Below are positions 30,479 to 39,844 of a DNA stretch of 64,000 nucleotides, piece by piece. Origin of the DNA: an uncultured Alphaproteobacteria bacterium. Lineage in GTDB: Bacteria; Pseudomonadota; Alphaproteobacteria; Rhodobacterales; Rhodobacteraceae. The position numbers were made by a program, and so were the translations under genes. The notes under the pieces are model-generated. The model saw only the letters and a list, made by a program, of their open reading frames with translations, made no database searches and was not told the origin of the DNA. How positions within the stretch are numbered: the first letter of the stretch is position 1; each line of letters opens with the position of its first letter. The stretch is from positions 7,465 to 71,464 of the forward strand of contig CAVXOH010000017.1 of assembly GCA_963763295.1 (NCBI GenBank), given 5' to 3'.

Positions 30479-30593
30479 CGCCGTCCTCCTGGTGCCGGCA
30501 TCATATCCGGCTCCGCGCCCGGCGATACCGCCTGCCGGCTTGCAAAGGCGGCGGATTCGGCTACCTCGCAGAGCACCCCCGCGGAGGCAGCCC

Positions 30594-30794
30594 ATGCGCA
30601 ACGACCCGCTCTTCATCGTCGCCGCCATCGCCTGCCTCGCGGTCGTGGTCGTGCTGATGGTCGGCGTCCTCGGCTTCGCACGCGGCGGCGAGTTCAACCG
30701 CAAGTACGCGAACAAGATCATGCGGTTGCGCCTGCTCGCGCAGTTCATCGCGGTCGTGCTGATCGTGATCTTCGTCTACTTCGCGCGACCTTAG
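30594..30794 (+). CDS. Twin-transmembrane-helix small protein (HIG1-like)
   Basis: 66 aa, two TM segments, ANKIMRLRLLAQ; usual position before the adenosyltransferase. Confidence 0.85.
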   Translation: MRNDPLFIVAAIACLAVVVVLMVGVLGFARGGEFNRKYANKIMRLRLLAQFIAVVLIVIFVYFARP

Positions 30795-30855
30795 GCGGCT
30801 CCTGCCGCGGCGGACGCGCTTTGCCTTTTGCCGCCGGATCGGCTAGGTGCAGGCC

Positions 30856-31428
30856 ATGGTCGTGCTCTCCAAGATCTACACCCGGACCGGCGACCGCGGC
30901 GAGACCGGGCTCGGCGACGGCACACGGGTGCCTAAGCACGCGCTGCGGGTCGCCGCCTACGGCACGGTGGACGAGGTCAACGCGACGCTGGGCCTCGCCC
31001 GGCTGCACGCGGAGGGCTCGCCCACCGAGGGCATTGCGCGGGTGCAGAACGACCTCTTCGACCTCGGGGCCGACCTTTGCACACCGGACTTCGAGAACGA
31101 CGCCGCGGCGCCGCATCCGCGGCTGCGCATCGTCGCGGCGCAGGTCCGAAGGCTCGAGGTCGAGATCGACGCGATGAACGCGGGCCTCACGCCCCTGCGG
31201 AGCTTCGTGCTGCCGGGCGGCACGGCGCTCGCCGCCCACCTGCACCTCGCCCGCACCGTCTGCCGGCGCGCCGAGCGGCTGGCGGTCGAGCTCGCGGGGC
31301 GCGAGGCGGTCAATCCGGAAGCGGTCCGCTATCTCAACCGGCTCTCCGACTGGCTCTTCGTCGCGGGCCGCGTCGCCAACGACGGCGGCCGCGGCGACGT
31401 GCTCTGGGTGCCCGGCGCCAACCGCTGA
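30856..31428 (+). CDS. pduO: Cob(I)alamin adenosyltransferase, PduO type
   Basis: KIYTRTGD, AYGTVDE, QNDLFDLGAD, FVLPGG, RTVCRRAER, YLNRLSD. Confidence 0.93.
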   Translation: MVVLSKIYTRTGDRGETGLGDGTRVPKHALRVAAYGTVDEVNATLGLARLHAEGSPTEGIARVQNDLFDLGADLCTPDFENDAAAPHPRLRIVAAQVRRLEVEIDAMNAGLTPLRSFVLPGGTALAAHLHLARTVCRRAERLAVELAGREAVNPEAVRYLNRLSDWLFVAGRVANDGGRGDVLWVPGANR

Positions 31429-31572
31429 TTGCCGGTTTCCCCGGCGGCTGCGGTTGCAATGCGGGCGGCTGGCAACCAAGTCCTGACGGACTAGTTTTCT
31501 TTTTCTGCGAACTTTGCTTGAATTGAGCGGGGTAGCGCGATCATGAGACGCGTCCCGGGGGGTTGGGTGCCG

Positions 31573-32244
31573 ATGTTCACACGCCAGCGCGTGCCGCTTG
31601 TCTACAGCCGTGCCGAGCAGTTGAGCGACGCGGCCGTGCATGTCGCCGGAATCGTCAGCGCGATGATCGCGGTCCCGGTCCTCGTCACCCTCGCGGCGGT
31701 CTGGCTCGGCGACGCCTCGACGGTGGTCGCAGCGCTCGTCTACGGCGCCAGCATGATCGCGATGTTTGCCTGCTCGGCGATCTACAACATGGTGTCGCTG
31801 CCCGACCGGAAGGACTTCCTGCGCCGGATCGACCAGTCGGCGATCTACGTGAAGATCGCCGGCAGCTACACGCCCTTCGCGGTGCTGACCGGCACGCATG
31901 CCGGCTTCTTCCTCACCGGGGTCTGGGGCGCGGCGCTGGCCGGGGCCTCGCTGATCCTCTTCGCCCCGAGCCGGCTGAAATGGGCGAGCATCGCGCTCTA
32001 CCTGGCGATGGGCTGGGCGGTGGTGCTGATCGGCCGGCCGCTGATCGACGGGCTGACGCCGACCGGTCTCGCGCTCATCCTCGCCGCTGGAGTCATCTAC
32101 ACCGCCGGCCTGATCTTCTTCCTGTGGGAGCGTCTTCCCTTCCACAACACGATCTGGCACGTCTTCGTGTTCGCCGCCAGCTTCGTCCTCTACGCCGCGC
32201 TCCTCGTCGAGCTCTCGGACCGCGCCGGCGCCTTGCAGCTGTGA
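31573..32244 (+). CDS. Hemolysin III / PAQR family membrane protein
   Basis: SAIYN, DQSAIYVKIAGSYTP, YLAMGW, HNTIWHVFV. The start could be 31543. Confidence 0.9.
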   Translation: MFTRQRVPLVYSRAEQLSDAAVHVAGIVSAMIAVPVLVTLAAVWLGDASTVVAALVYGASMIAMFACSAIYNMVSLPDRKDFLRRIDQSAIYVKIAGSYTPFAVLTGTHAGFFLTGVWGAALAGASLILFAPSRLKWASIALYLAMGWAVVLIGRPLIDGLTPTGLALILAAGVIYTAGLIFFLWERLPFHNTIWHVFVFAASFVLYAALLVELSDRAGALQL

Positions 32245-32397
32245 TCGGCCGGCCGGCCCGCAAAGTTCCTGTTGCACGGCCTTGGCCGTCCCCTTAGACC
32301 GGCGCAGGACGAAGCCAGCGCCCGGGGGGGCGGCTCTCGCCTGCAGGCCGCGCATGGTCGGGTGGGCATCCCCGGCGCGACGCGGGGGAAGCGGCAG

Positions 32398-33159
32398 ATG
32401 AAGATCCTCGTGCCCGTGAAGCGGGTGATCGACTACAACGTCAAGGTTCGGGTGAAGGCGGACGGCAGCGGGGTCGACCTCGCCAACGTCAAGATGAGCA
32501 TGAACCCGTTCGACGAGATCGCCGTAGAGGAGGCGATCCGGCTCAAGGAAAAAGGCGTCGCCGAGGAGATCGTCGCGGTCTCGATCGGGGTCAGGCAGGC
32601 GCAGGAGACGCTGAGGACCGCGCTCGCCATGGGCGCCGACCGGGCGATCCTCGTCGTCGCCGCTGATGACGTGGGCCAGGACATCGAGCCGCTGGCGGTC
32701 GCGAAGATCCTCAAGGCGGTGATTGACGCCGAGGCGCCCGGCCTCGTCATCGCCGGCAAGCAGGCGATCGACAACGACATGAACGCGACCGGGCAGATGC
32801 TCGCCGCGCTGCTCGGCTGGCCGCAGGCGACCTTCGCCTCCGAGGTCGCCGTCGAGGGCGACAAGGCGAAGGTGACGCGCGAGGTCGATGGCGGGCTGCA
32901 GACGATCAGCGTGAAGCTTCCGGCGATCGTCACCGTCGACCTGCGGCTGAACGAGCCGCGCTACGCGAGTCTGCCGAATATCATGAAAGCGAAGAAGAAG
33001 CCCTTGGAGGAGAAGACCGCCGCCGACTACGGCGTCGACGTGACGCCGCGGCTGAAGGTCGTCAGGACGGTCGAGCCGTCGACCCGCAAGGCGGGGGTCA
33101 AGGTCGCTTCGGTCGACGAGCTCGTCGCCAAGCTGAAGAACGAAGCCGGAGTGCTCTGA
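32398..33159 (+). CDS. etfB: Electron transfer flavoprotein beta subunit
   Basis: [35 protein letters not shown]. Confidence 0.97.
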   Translation: MKILVPVKRVIDYNVKVRVKADGSGVDLANVKMSMNPFDEIAVEEAIRLKEKGVAEEIVAVSIGVRQAQETLRTALAMGADRAILVVAADDVGQDIEPLAVAKILKAVIDAEAPGLVIAGKQAIDNDMNATGQMLAALLGWPQATFASEVAVEGDKAKVTREVDGGLQTISVKLPAIVTVDLRLNEPRYASLPNIMKAKKKPLEEKTAADYGVDVTPRLKVVRTVEPSTRKAGVKVASVDELVAKLKNEAGVL

Positions 33160-34088
33160 TGGCCGTCCTGATTCTCGCCAAGCACGACAACGCGCAATTG
33201 AACGACGCCACCGCCAAGACGGTGACCGCCGCGAAGCAGCTCGGCGGCGACATCACCGTCCTCGTCGCCGGCAAGGACTGCGCCGCCGTCGCCGAGGCCG
33301 CCGCGAAGCTCGACGGCGTGACGAGAGTGATCCACGTCGAGGGCGAGGGCTACGGACACCGCCTCGCCGAGCCCCTGACCGAGCTCGTCCGCGGCATGGC
33401 CGACGGCTACGAGCACATCGTCTTCCCGGCGACGACTTCGGGCAAGAACGTGGCGCCGAGGCTCGCCGCGCTCCTCGACGTCATGGTGATCTCCGACATC
33501 ACCGGCGTCGTCGGCCCCGATACCTTCGAGCGCCCGATCTACGCCGGCAACGCCATCCAGACCGTGCAGTCCTCGGACCCGAAGAAGGTGATCACCGTGC
33601 GAGGTGCCTCCTTCGCGGCGACCGGCGCGCAGGCTCCCGCCCCGATCGAGACCGGGCCCGCCGCCGCCGACCCCGGCGTCTCGTCCTGGGTCGAGGACAA
33701 GGTGGCGCGCTCCGACCGGCCCGAGCTCACCTCCGCCCGCATCGTCGTCTCCGGCGGCCGCGGTGTCGGCTCGGAGGAGAACTTCGCGATCATCGCCGCC
33801 CTCGCCGACAAGCTCGGCGCCGCGGTCGGCGCCTCGCGCGCCGCGGTCGACTCCGGCTACGCCCCGAACGACTGGCAGGTCGGCCAGACCGGCAAGGTCG
33901 TCGCCCCCGAGCTCTACATCGCCGTCGGCATCTCCGGCGCCATCCAGCACCTCGCCGGCATGAAGGACTCCAAGGTCATCGTCGCCATTAACAAGGACGA
34001 GGAGGCGCCGATCTTCCAGGTCGCCGACTACGGCCTCGTCGGCGACCTCTTCCAGATCGTCCCCGAGCTCGAGAAGAAGCTCGGCTAG
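33159..34088 (+). CDS. etfA: Electron transfer flavoprotein alpha subunit
   Basis: [36 protein letters not shown]. Confidence 0.97.
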   Translation: MAVLILAKHDNAQLNDATAKTVTAAKQLGGDITVLVAGKDCAAVAEAAAKLDGVTRVIHVEGEGYGHRLAEPLTELVRGMADGYEHIVFPATTSGKNVAPRLAALLDVMVISDITGVVGPDTFERPIYAGNAIQTVQSSDPKKVITVRGASFAATGAQAPAPIETGPAAADPGVSSWVEDKVARSDRPELTSARIVVSGGRGVGSEENFAIIAALADKLGAAVGASRAAVDSGYAPNDWQVGQTGKVVAPELYIAVGISGAIQHLAGMKDSKVIVAINKDEEAPIFQVADYGLVGDLFQIVPELEKKLG

Positions 34089-34282
34089 AGCCGGATGGAT
34101 TCACGCCCGGGCGATGGCCATGCCCGAAAGTCCGAAGCATCGGCGATGCTGGGCCTCTTCAAGAACCGAAGCACCGTCGCGACGACTATCGGGTAACGAT
34201 GATTAACCGCCGATTGACTTGCGACGACGGCGCGCGCCCCTCTCGTTTCGACCGTCGACTGCCGGAATTGTGCCGCAGGCGT

Positions 34283-34356
34283 CCCTGTGGGGCAGCGGGC
34301 TCCTGCACGGATTTGGTGCATGGATTGTGCATGGGATGTGCATGGGTTGTGCATGC
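34283..34356. repeat. 11-bp-array element, family B copy 3
   Basis: GTGCATG at 34316, 34327, 34338, 34349 (exact 11-bp period); upstream flank similar to the reverse complement of copy 4. Confidence 0.85.
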
Positions 34357-34476
34357 CTCCCGGGACGTCACCCCCGGCGACTTTCCGAGCGAGATCCGCG
34401 CCTTGCCCGGCCCGTCAACCAAGGTTAACGCCAGCGCGGGCCGCATTCGGACTCCGACCAACTCCGCCGGCCGGGA

Positions 34477-35187
34477 TCAGGGCGATCCCCACCGCCCGGC
34501 GCGCGCCGCGATGGTGAGCTGGTAGTCGGCGTCGGCCTCTGACGTCGCCGTCACCAGCACGTAGTAGCGCGGCCCGTCGATCCGGCGCTCGACGAAGGTC
34601 GTGCGGACGCTGATCTGCTCGAAGGTCGGGGCGGTGCCGAGCGCCTGGCCGGCGTCATCGAAGAGCGTAAGACTGGCGCTCGCCTCCTGCACGACGAGGC
34701 TCGCGACGATCTCGCCCTTGAGCCCGGCCGGCACTTCCACCGTGAAGTAGTCGTGGTCGCCGGCCGCGAGCGTCCCGGTAATCGAGATCCCGAATGCGGC
34801 GCGGTTGGCGCCGGCCAGCGTGTCGTTCGGCTCGACCTCGGCGCCCTCGATCTCGATCCGCGCCGCGACCCGCCCGGGCAGGGGCGGCGGTGGCCCGGCC
34901 TCGGGCCCGGCGGCCGAGGGCGCCACCGCGACCGTGCGCTGCCCGTCGGCGGAGAGCGTGATCCCGGCGGCGAGCTCGGCCTCGGGCACTTGGGGCGCCT
35001 CCGCGGCGCGACGGTCGCCGGCGATCCAGGGCAGGAGCAGGAACCCGACCCCGGCGAGGAAGGCCGTCGCCGCGAGCACCGGCCGGTCCCGCAGTCGCAG
35101 CATCATCCACAGCCCGGCCAGCGCGAAGACGCCGCCGGCAACGAGGGCGACGGCGATCACAGCGTCAGGCACCGGAACGGCGTGCAT
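34477..35187 (-). CDS. Membrane-anchored protein with a PPC-like beta domain
   Basis: Two N-terminal TM segments, Pro-rich linker, EVEPNDT..GTLAAGDHDYF..YQLTI pattern. Confidence 0.6.
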   Translation of the reverse strand: MHAVPVPDAVIAVALVAGGVFALAGLWMMLRLRDRPVLAATAFLAGVGFLLLPWIAGDRRAAEAPQVPEAELAAGITLSADGQRTVAVAPSAAGPEAGPPPPLPGRVAARIEIEGAEVEPNDTLAGANRAAFGISITGTLAAGDHDYFTVEVPAGLKGEIVASLVVQEASASLTLFDDAGQALGTAPTFEQISVRTTFVERRIDGPRYYVLVTATSEADADYQLTIAARAGRWGSP

Positions 35188-35269
35188 CGGCAAGGGTCCG
35201 CGCGGGCGCCACGTGCGCCCGACGGGGCAGTCTAGCACCGGGGCGGGCAGTCTCCCAGCTCGGGCGCGA

Positions 35270-36700
35270 TCAGCTCTCGCGATACCAGATCGAATGCTCG
35301 ATCCTGTCGCCGAGCTCCGGGAAGTCGGCCGCATGGAACACCGGCTCGACCCCGGCCTTGCGCTGCGCGAAGTAGTCCCGTGTCAGCTTCACCACCGTCC
35401 CCGACAGCGCGACGATCGCGATCAGGTTGATCGTCGCCATCAGCCCCATCGAGGCGTCGGCGGTGTTGAAGACGGTCGCTACCGCCTGCAGCGCCCCCCA
35501 GACCACCATGGCGAGCACCGCGACGCGCAGCACGGTCAGGCCGGCGTTGCTGCCGACGCCGAGATAGACCATCGCCATCTCCGAGTACGAGTAGTTGCCG
35601 ATGATCGAGGTGAAGGCGAAGAAGAAGATTGCGATCGCGATGAAGTAGCTGCCGGCGGTGCCGATGTGTTCGCCCATCGCGGCCTGGGTCAGCTGCGTGC
35701 CGGTGACCTCGCTTCCGGGCACGTAAACGCTCGAGAGCAGGATCATGATCGCCGTGCAGGTGCAGATGACGATCGTGTCGATGAAGACGCCGAGCGCCTG
35801 CACGAACCCCTGGCTCGACGGGTGGTGCGGCACCGGGGTCGCCGCCGCGGCGATGTTCGGCGCCGAGCCCATCCCCGCCTCGTTCGAGAACAGCCCGCGC
35901 TTGACCCCGTTCAGCATCGCCGCCGCGACACCGCCGACAACGCCGCCGGCAACCTCGCGCAGGCCGAGCGCCGAGCCGACGATCAGGCTGAGCATCCCGG
36001 GAACCTCCGACAGGTTGGTAACGAGCACGTAGAGCGCGACGAGCAGGTAGATGCCGGCCATGAACGGCACGACATACTCGGCCACCTGGGCGATCTTGTG
36101 GATGCCGCCGAAGATCACCACTGCGGTGACCGCCGCCACCACCAGTCCGGTGGCGATCTTCGGCACCCCGAAGGCACCGACCATGGCGTCGGCGATGGAG
36201 TTGGCCTGCACCGCGTTGAACACGAGGCCGAAGGACAGGATGAGGCAGGCCGAGAAGATCGCGCCAAGCCACGGCATCCCGAGACCTCTGGCGATATAGA
36301 ACGCCGGCCCGCCGCGGTAAATGCCCTCCGAGCCCGCCGGCCCGTGCACCTTGTAGAGCTGCGCGAGCGTCGATTCCGAGTAGGCCGTCGCCATGCCGAC
36401 CAGAGCCACCATCCACATCCAGAAGATCGCGCCCGGGCCGCCGAGGGTCAGCGCCACCGCGACGCCGGCGATGTTGCCGGTGCCGACCCGGCTCGCGAGG
36501 CTGGTGCAGAGTGCTTGGAACGGCGAGATCCCCTCCTTGTCGGTCTGCGGCGCGTTGGTCACGACACGGAACATCTCGCCGAAATGCAGGATCTGCTGGA
36601 AGCGAAGCCGAACGGTGAAGTAGACGCCGACCGCCAGCAGGCCGTAGATCAGCACATAGCCCCAGAAGATCGTGTTCAGGAAGTCGATGATCGCGTTCAT
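35270..36700 (-). CDS. Alanine/glycine:cation symporter (AGCS/AlsT)
   Basis: SRVGTGNIAG, GGPGAIFWMW, RGLFSNEAGMGSAP, DTIVICT. Confidence 0.95.
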   Translation of the reverse strand: MNAIIDFLNTIFWGYVLIYGLLAVGVYFTVRLRFQQILHFGEMFRVVTNAPQTDKEGISPFQALCTSLASRVGTGNIAGVAVALTLGGPGAIFWMWMVALVGMATAYSESTLAQLYKVHGPAGSEGIYRGGPAFYIARGLGMPWLGAIFSACLILSFGLVFNAVQANSIADAMVGAFGVPKIATGLVVAAVTAVVIFGGIHKIAQVAEYVVPFMAGIYLLVALYVLVTNLSEVPGMLSLIVGSALGLREVAGGVVGGVAAAMLNGVKRGLFSNEAGMGSAPNIAAAATPVPHHPSSQGFVQALGVFIDTIVICTCTAIMILLSSVYVPGSEVTGTQLTQAAMGEHIGTAGSYFIAIAIFFFAFTSIIGNYSYSEMAMVYLGVGSNAGLTVLRVAVLAMVVWGALQAVATVFNTADASMGLMATINLIAIVALSGTVVKLTRDYFAQRKAGVEPVFHAADFPELGDRIEHSIWYRES

Positions 36701-36847
36701 GGCCTGTCCCCCGGGCTCTGCGCTCTTCGATCGCATTGAGCGTACGCGGCGCCACCGAGCCTGTAAACAACGCCCGGGACAAGCCCTTGCACCCCCTCGG
36801 GGCGCTGCCTATGGTGGCCCGGCATTGCCAGCCGGGACAGGGAATTC

Positions 36848-37723
36848 ATGGAGATCAAGCGCATCGGCGTGATCGGTGCCGGCCAGATGGGCAACGGCAT
36901 CGCCCACGTGTTCGCGCTCGCGGGCTTCGACGTCGAGCTGCACGACGTCTCCGAGGCGGCGCTCAAGGCGGCGCCGGAGATCATCCGCGGCAACATCGAC
37001 CGGCAGGTGCATCGCGGCCGCGTCAGCGAGGCCGAGCGCGACGCAGCGCTCGCCCGCATCCGGATCGAGCGCGATCTCGCGCCCCTCGGCGCCACTGACC
37101 TCGTCATCGAGGCGGCGACCGAGAAGGAGCCGCTCAAGCACAAGATCTTCGCGGCGCTGGTGCCGCACCTCGCGCCGCACACGATCCTGACCTCGAACAC
37201 CTCATCGATCTCGATCACCCGGCTCGCGAGCGGCACCGACCGCCCCGAGCGGTTCATGGGCTTTCACTTCATGAATCCGGTGCCGGTGATGCAGCTCGTC
37301 GAGCTCATCCGCGGCATCGCCACCGACGAGGCGACCTACGAGACGCTACTCGAGGTGGTGCAGAAGATCGGCAAGACCGCGTCTCCGGCCGAGGACTTCC
37401 CGGCCTTCATCGTCAACCGCATCCTGGTGCCGATGATGAACGAGGCGGTCTATACGCTCTACGAGGGCGTCGGCACCGTCGCCTCGATCGACATGGCGCT
37501 CAAGCTCGGCGCCAACCACCCGATGGGGCCGCTCGAGCTCGCTGACTTCATCGGCCTCGACACCTGCCTCGCCATCATGAATGTGCTGCACGAGGGGCTT
37601 GCCGACACCAAATATCGTCCCTGCCCGCTCCTGGTGAAGTACGTCGAGGCCGGCTGGCTCGGCCGCAAGACCAAGCGCGGCTTCTACGACTACCGCGGCG
37701 AGAAGCCGGTCCCGACGCGCTGA
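36848..37723 (+). CDS. hbd: 3-hydroxybutyryl-CoA dehydrogenase
   Basis: GAGQMGNGIA, IEAATE, SNTSS, HFMNP, FIVNR, NHPMGP. Confidence 0.94.
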   Translation: MEIKRIGVIGAGQMGNGIAHVFALAGFDVELHDVSEAALKAAPEIIRGNIDRQVHRGRVSEAERDAALARIRIERDLAPLGATDLVIEAATEKEPLKHKIFAALVPHLAPHTILTSNTSSISITRLASGTDRPERFMGFHFMNPVPVMQLVELIRGIATDEATYETLLEVVQKIGKTASPAEDFPAFIVNRILVPMMNEAVYTLYEGVGTVASIDMALKLGANHPMGPLELADFIGLDTCLAIMNVLHEGLADTKYRPCPLLVKYVEAGWLGRKTKRGFYDYRGEKPVPTR

Positions 37724-37814
37724 CGGGTGTTGCCGGCGGACTGCGGGCAGCGTTCGCCGGGGATTTCGCGCCCTCCCGCTGAATTCCGGGTCAAGCCGCT
37801 GAAAAGTGGCAAGA

Positions 37815-37880
37815 AATCGCATGCACAACACATGCACAAGTCATGCACCGATCATATGCGCGAATCCCGCACCCCAAGGG
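37815..37880. repeat. 11-bp-array element, family B copy 4 (opposite strand)
   Basis: TGCAC at 37822, 37833, 37844. Confidence 0.8.
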
Positions 37881-38030
37881 CGCATCGAGGCGATTGCAAC
37901 CTCGCCGAGCGCCATCGCGCATCGGGCCCGGGGGGTCGGGGACACACCGCGACGGACGCCGGTCGGAGCGGGGCTTGCCACCTCCGGTCGGGTGCGTCAC
38001 CTAGGCGGGGCCACTGAAAGGGATTCGACC

Positions 38031-39098
38031 ATGGCGGTCAGCGCCAGACAGCAGCTGCGGTTCTGGGGGATCGCCTTCGCGGTCTTCGTCATGGTGCTCT
38101 GGCTCCTCGGGGCGACGCTCCTGCCGTTCCTGGTCGGTGCCGGGCTCGCCTACTTCCTCGATCCCCTCGCCGACCGGCTGGAGCGGCTCGGGCTCAATCG
38201 TCTGCTGTCGACCATGGTGATCGCGGTCAGCGCGCTCCTCGTCTTCGTGCTCTTGATCGTCCTCGCGCTTCCCGCGCTGATCGAGCAGGTCCAGGGGCTC
38301 GTGGTGGCCGCGCCCGACTACATCGCCGACCTGATCGAGTTCCTCAGCAGGCGCTACCCCGACCTCTTCGGCGAGAACTCGTCGCTTCGCGAGAACCTCA
38401 GCGGCTTCGAGACCATGCTTCGTGACAGCGGAATGACCGTAGTGAACGGAGTGCTAGCCGGGTCATTGCGCGTCCTCGACTTCCTCTTCCTGATCGTCGT
38501 GGCCCCGGTGGTCGCCTTCTACCTGCTGCTCGACTGGGATCGGATGCTCGCGAGGATCAATGAGAACCTGCCACGCGAGCATGCGCCGACGATCCGCCGG
38601 CTCGCCCGCGACATCGACGCGGTGCTGGCGGGGTTCGTGCGCGGGCAGCTCTCGGTCTGCGTGATCCTCGGCGTCTTCTACGCCGTGGCCCTGATGGCGA
38701 TCGGGCTGCAGTTCGGCTTCCTGGTCGGGCTGATCGCCGGGCTGATCTCCTTCGTCCCCTACGTGGGCTCGGTGGTCGGGCTGATCCTCTCGGTCGGCAT
38801 CGCGATGTTCCAGTTCTGGGACGACAAGTTCTGGATCCTGGCGACGGCGGGCATCTTCTTCTTCGGCCAGTTCGTCGAGGGCAACATCCTGTCGCCGAAC
38901 CTGATCGGCAAGTCGGTCAGCCTGCACCCGGTCTGGCTCCTCCTCGCGCTCGCCGTGTTCGGCACCCTCTTCGGTTTCGCCGGGCTGCTTGTCGCCGTGC
39001 CGGTCGCGGCCGCGCTCGGGGTGATCGGCCGATTCCTCGTCGAGCAGTACCGGGCGAGCCCGCTCTTTACCGGCCGCCTGCCCCCCGATGCCGGGTGA
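38031..39098 (+). CDS. AI-2E family transporter
   Basis: LAYFLDP, FYLLLDW, GFVRGQ, FVPYVG, QFVEGNILSP. Confidence 0.92.
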   Translation: MAVSARQQLRFWGIAFAVFVMVLWLLGATLLPFLVGAGLAYFLDPLADRLERLGLNRLLSTMVIAVSALLVFVLLIVLALPALIEQVQGLVVAAPDYIADLIEFLSRRYPDLFGENSSLRENLSGFETMLRDSGMTVVNGVLAGSLRVLDFLFLIVVAPVVAFYLLLDWDRMLARINENLPREHAPTIRRLARDIDAVLAGFVRGQLSVCVILGVFYAVALMAIGLQFGFLVGLIAGLISFVPYVGSVVGLILSVGIAMFQFWDDKFWILATAGIFFFGQFVEGNILSPNLIGKSVSLHPVWLLLALAVFGTLFGFAGLLVAVPVAAALGVIGRFLVEQYRASPLFTGRLPPDAG

Positions 39099-39798
39099 GG
39101 TCCAGCTCGTCCTCGACCTCCCGGTCCGCCCGGCGCTTGGGCGGGCGGACTTCTTCGTGTCGCCCGCGAACCGGCTTGCGCTCGCCCAAGTGGAGAGCTG
39201 GCCCGGCTGGCCGTCCGGCCGGCTGGCCGTCACCGGGCCGGAGGGCGCCGGCAAGACCCATCTCGCGCATGTCTGGGCGGCACGGGCCGGGGCGCGGATC
39301 ATCGCCGGCGCCGATCTTCCCGGGCTCGATCTCGCCGGCATGCCGGCCGATGCCGCCATGGTCGTCGAGGACGCCGACCGGCTGCGCGATCTTGGCCGGT
39401 CCCGTTCGCTCGCCGAGGAGGCGCTCTTTCACCTCTGCAACCACCTCGCGGCCGGTGGCGGGAGCCTGATGGCCACCGGCCGGCTGGCGCCGGCGCGCTG
39501 GCGAATCGCGCTCGCGGACCTCGCCAGCCGGCTGCGGGCCGCGCCGGTCGCGCGGCTCGAGGCCCCCGACGACGCCCTGCTGGCGGCGGTCCTGGTCAAG
39601 CTCTTCGCCGACCGCCAGATCGCGGTGGCGCCGGACCTGATCCGCTACCTGCTCGCGCGGATGGAGCGCTCGTTCGCGGCCGCCGAGGCGTTGGTGGCGG
39701 CCCTCGACCGTGCGGGGCTCTCGCGCCACCGACCGATCACCGCGCGGCTCGCGGCCGAGGTGCTCCACAGCGGGCCAGGCGACGCGCCCGTCGCCTGA
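39088..39798 (+). CDS. hda: DnaA regulatory inactivator Hda/HdaA
   Basis: QLVLDL clamp-binding-like motif, GPEGAGKTHL, LFHLCN, DLASRL, RMERS; follows the AI-2E gene. Confidence 0.9.
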   Translation: MPGEVQLVLDLPVRPALGRADFFVSPANRLALAQVESWPGWPSGRLAVTGPEGAGKTHLAHVWAARAGARIIAGADLPGLDLAGMPADAAMVVEDADRLRDLGRSRSLAEEALFHLCNHLAAGGGSLMATGRLAPARWRIALADLASRLRAAPVARLEAPDDALLAAVLVKLFADRQIAVAPDLIRYLLARMERSFAAAEALVAALDRAGLSRHRPITARLAAEVLHSGPGDAPVA

Positions 39799-39844
39799 AC
39801 GCGGGACCGGCCGCCGAGCCGGCCTCGATCGACCTGTCCGAGGG

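Noticed and set aside
30795-30855. Cobalamin riboswitch before the adenosyltransferase
   Set aside because: The gap is too short and has no B12 box.
28037-31177. Very long antisense/alternate-frame ORFs (also 20083-22563, 22938-25010, 39710-41986, 56814-58928)
   Set aside because: Shadow ORFs of real genes, expected in high-GC DNA; Arg/Gly/Pro-rich with no motifs.
31509-31523. LexA-like GAAC-N7-GAAT upstream of the hemolysin III gene
   Set aside because: One mismatch and no contextual support; compatible with chance.
36701-36847. Glycine riboswitch upstream of the AGCS symporter
   Set aside because: The gap is only 147 bp and lacks the GGAGA/CCGAAG/CTCTCAGG motifs.
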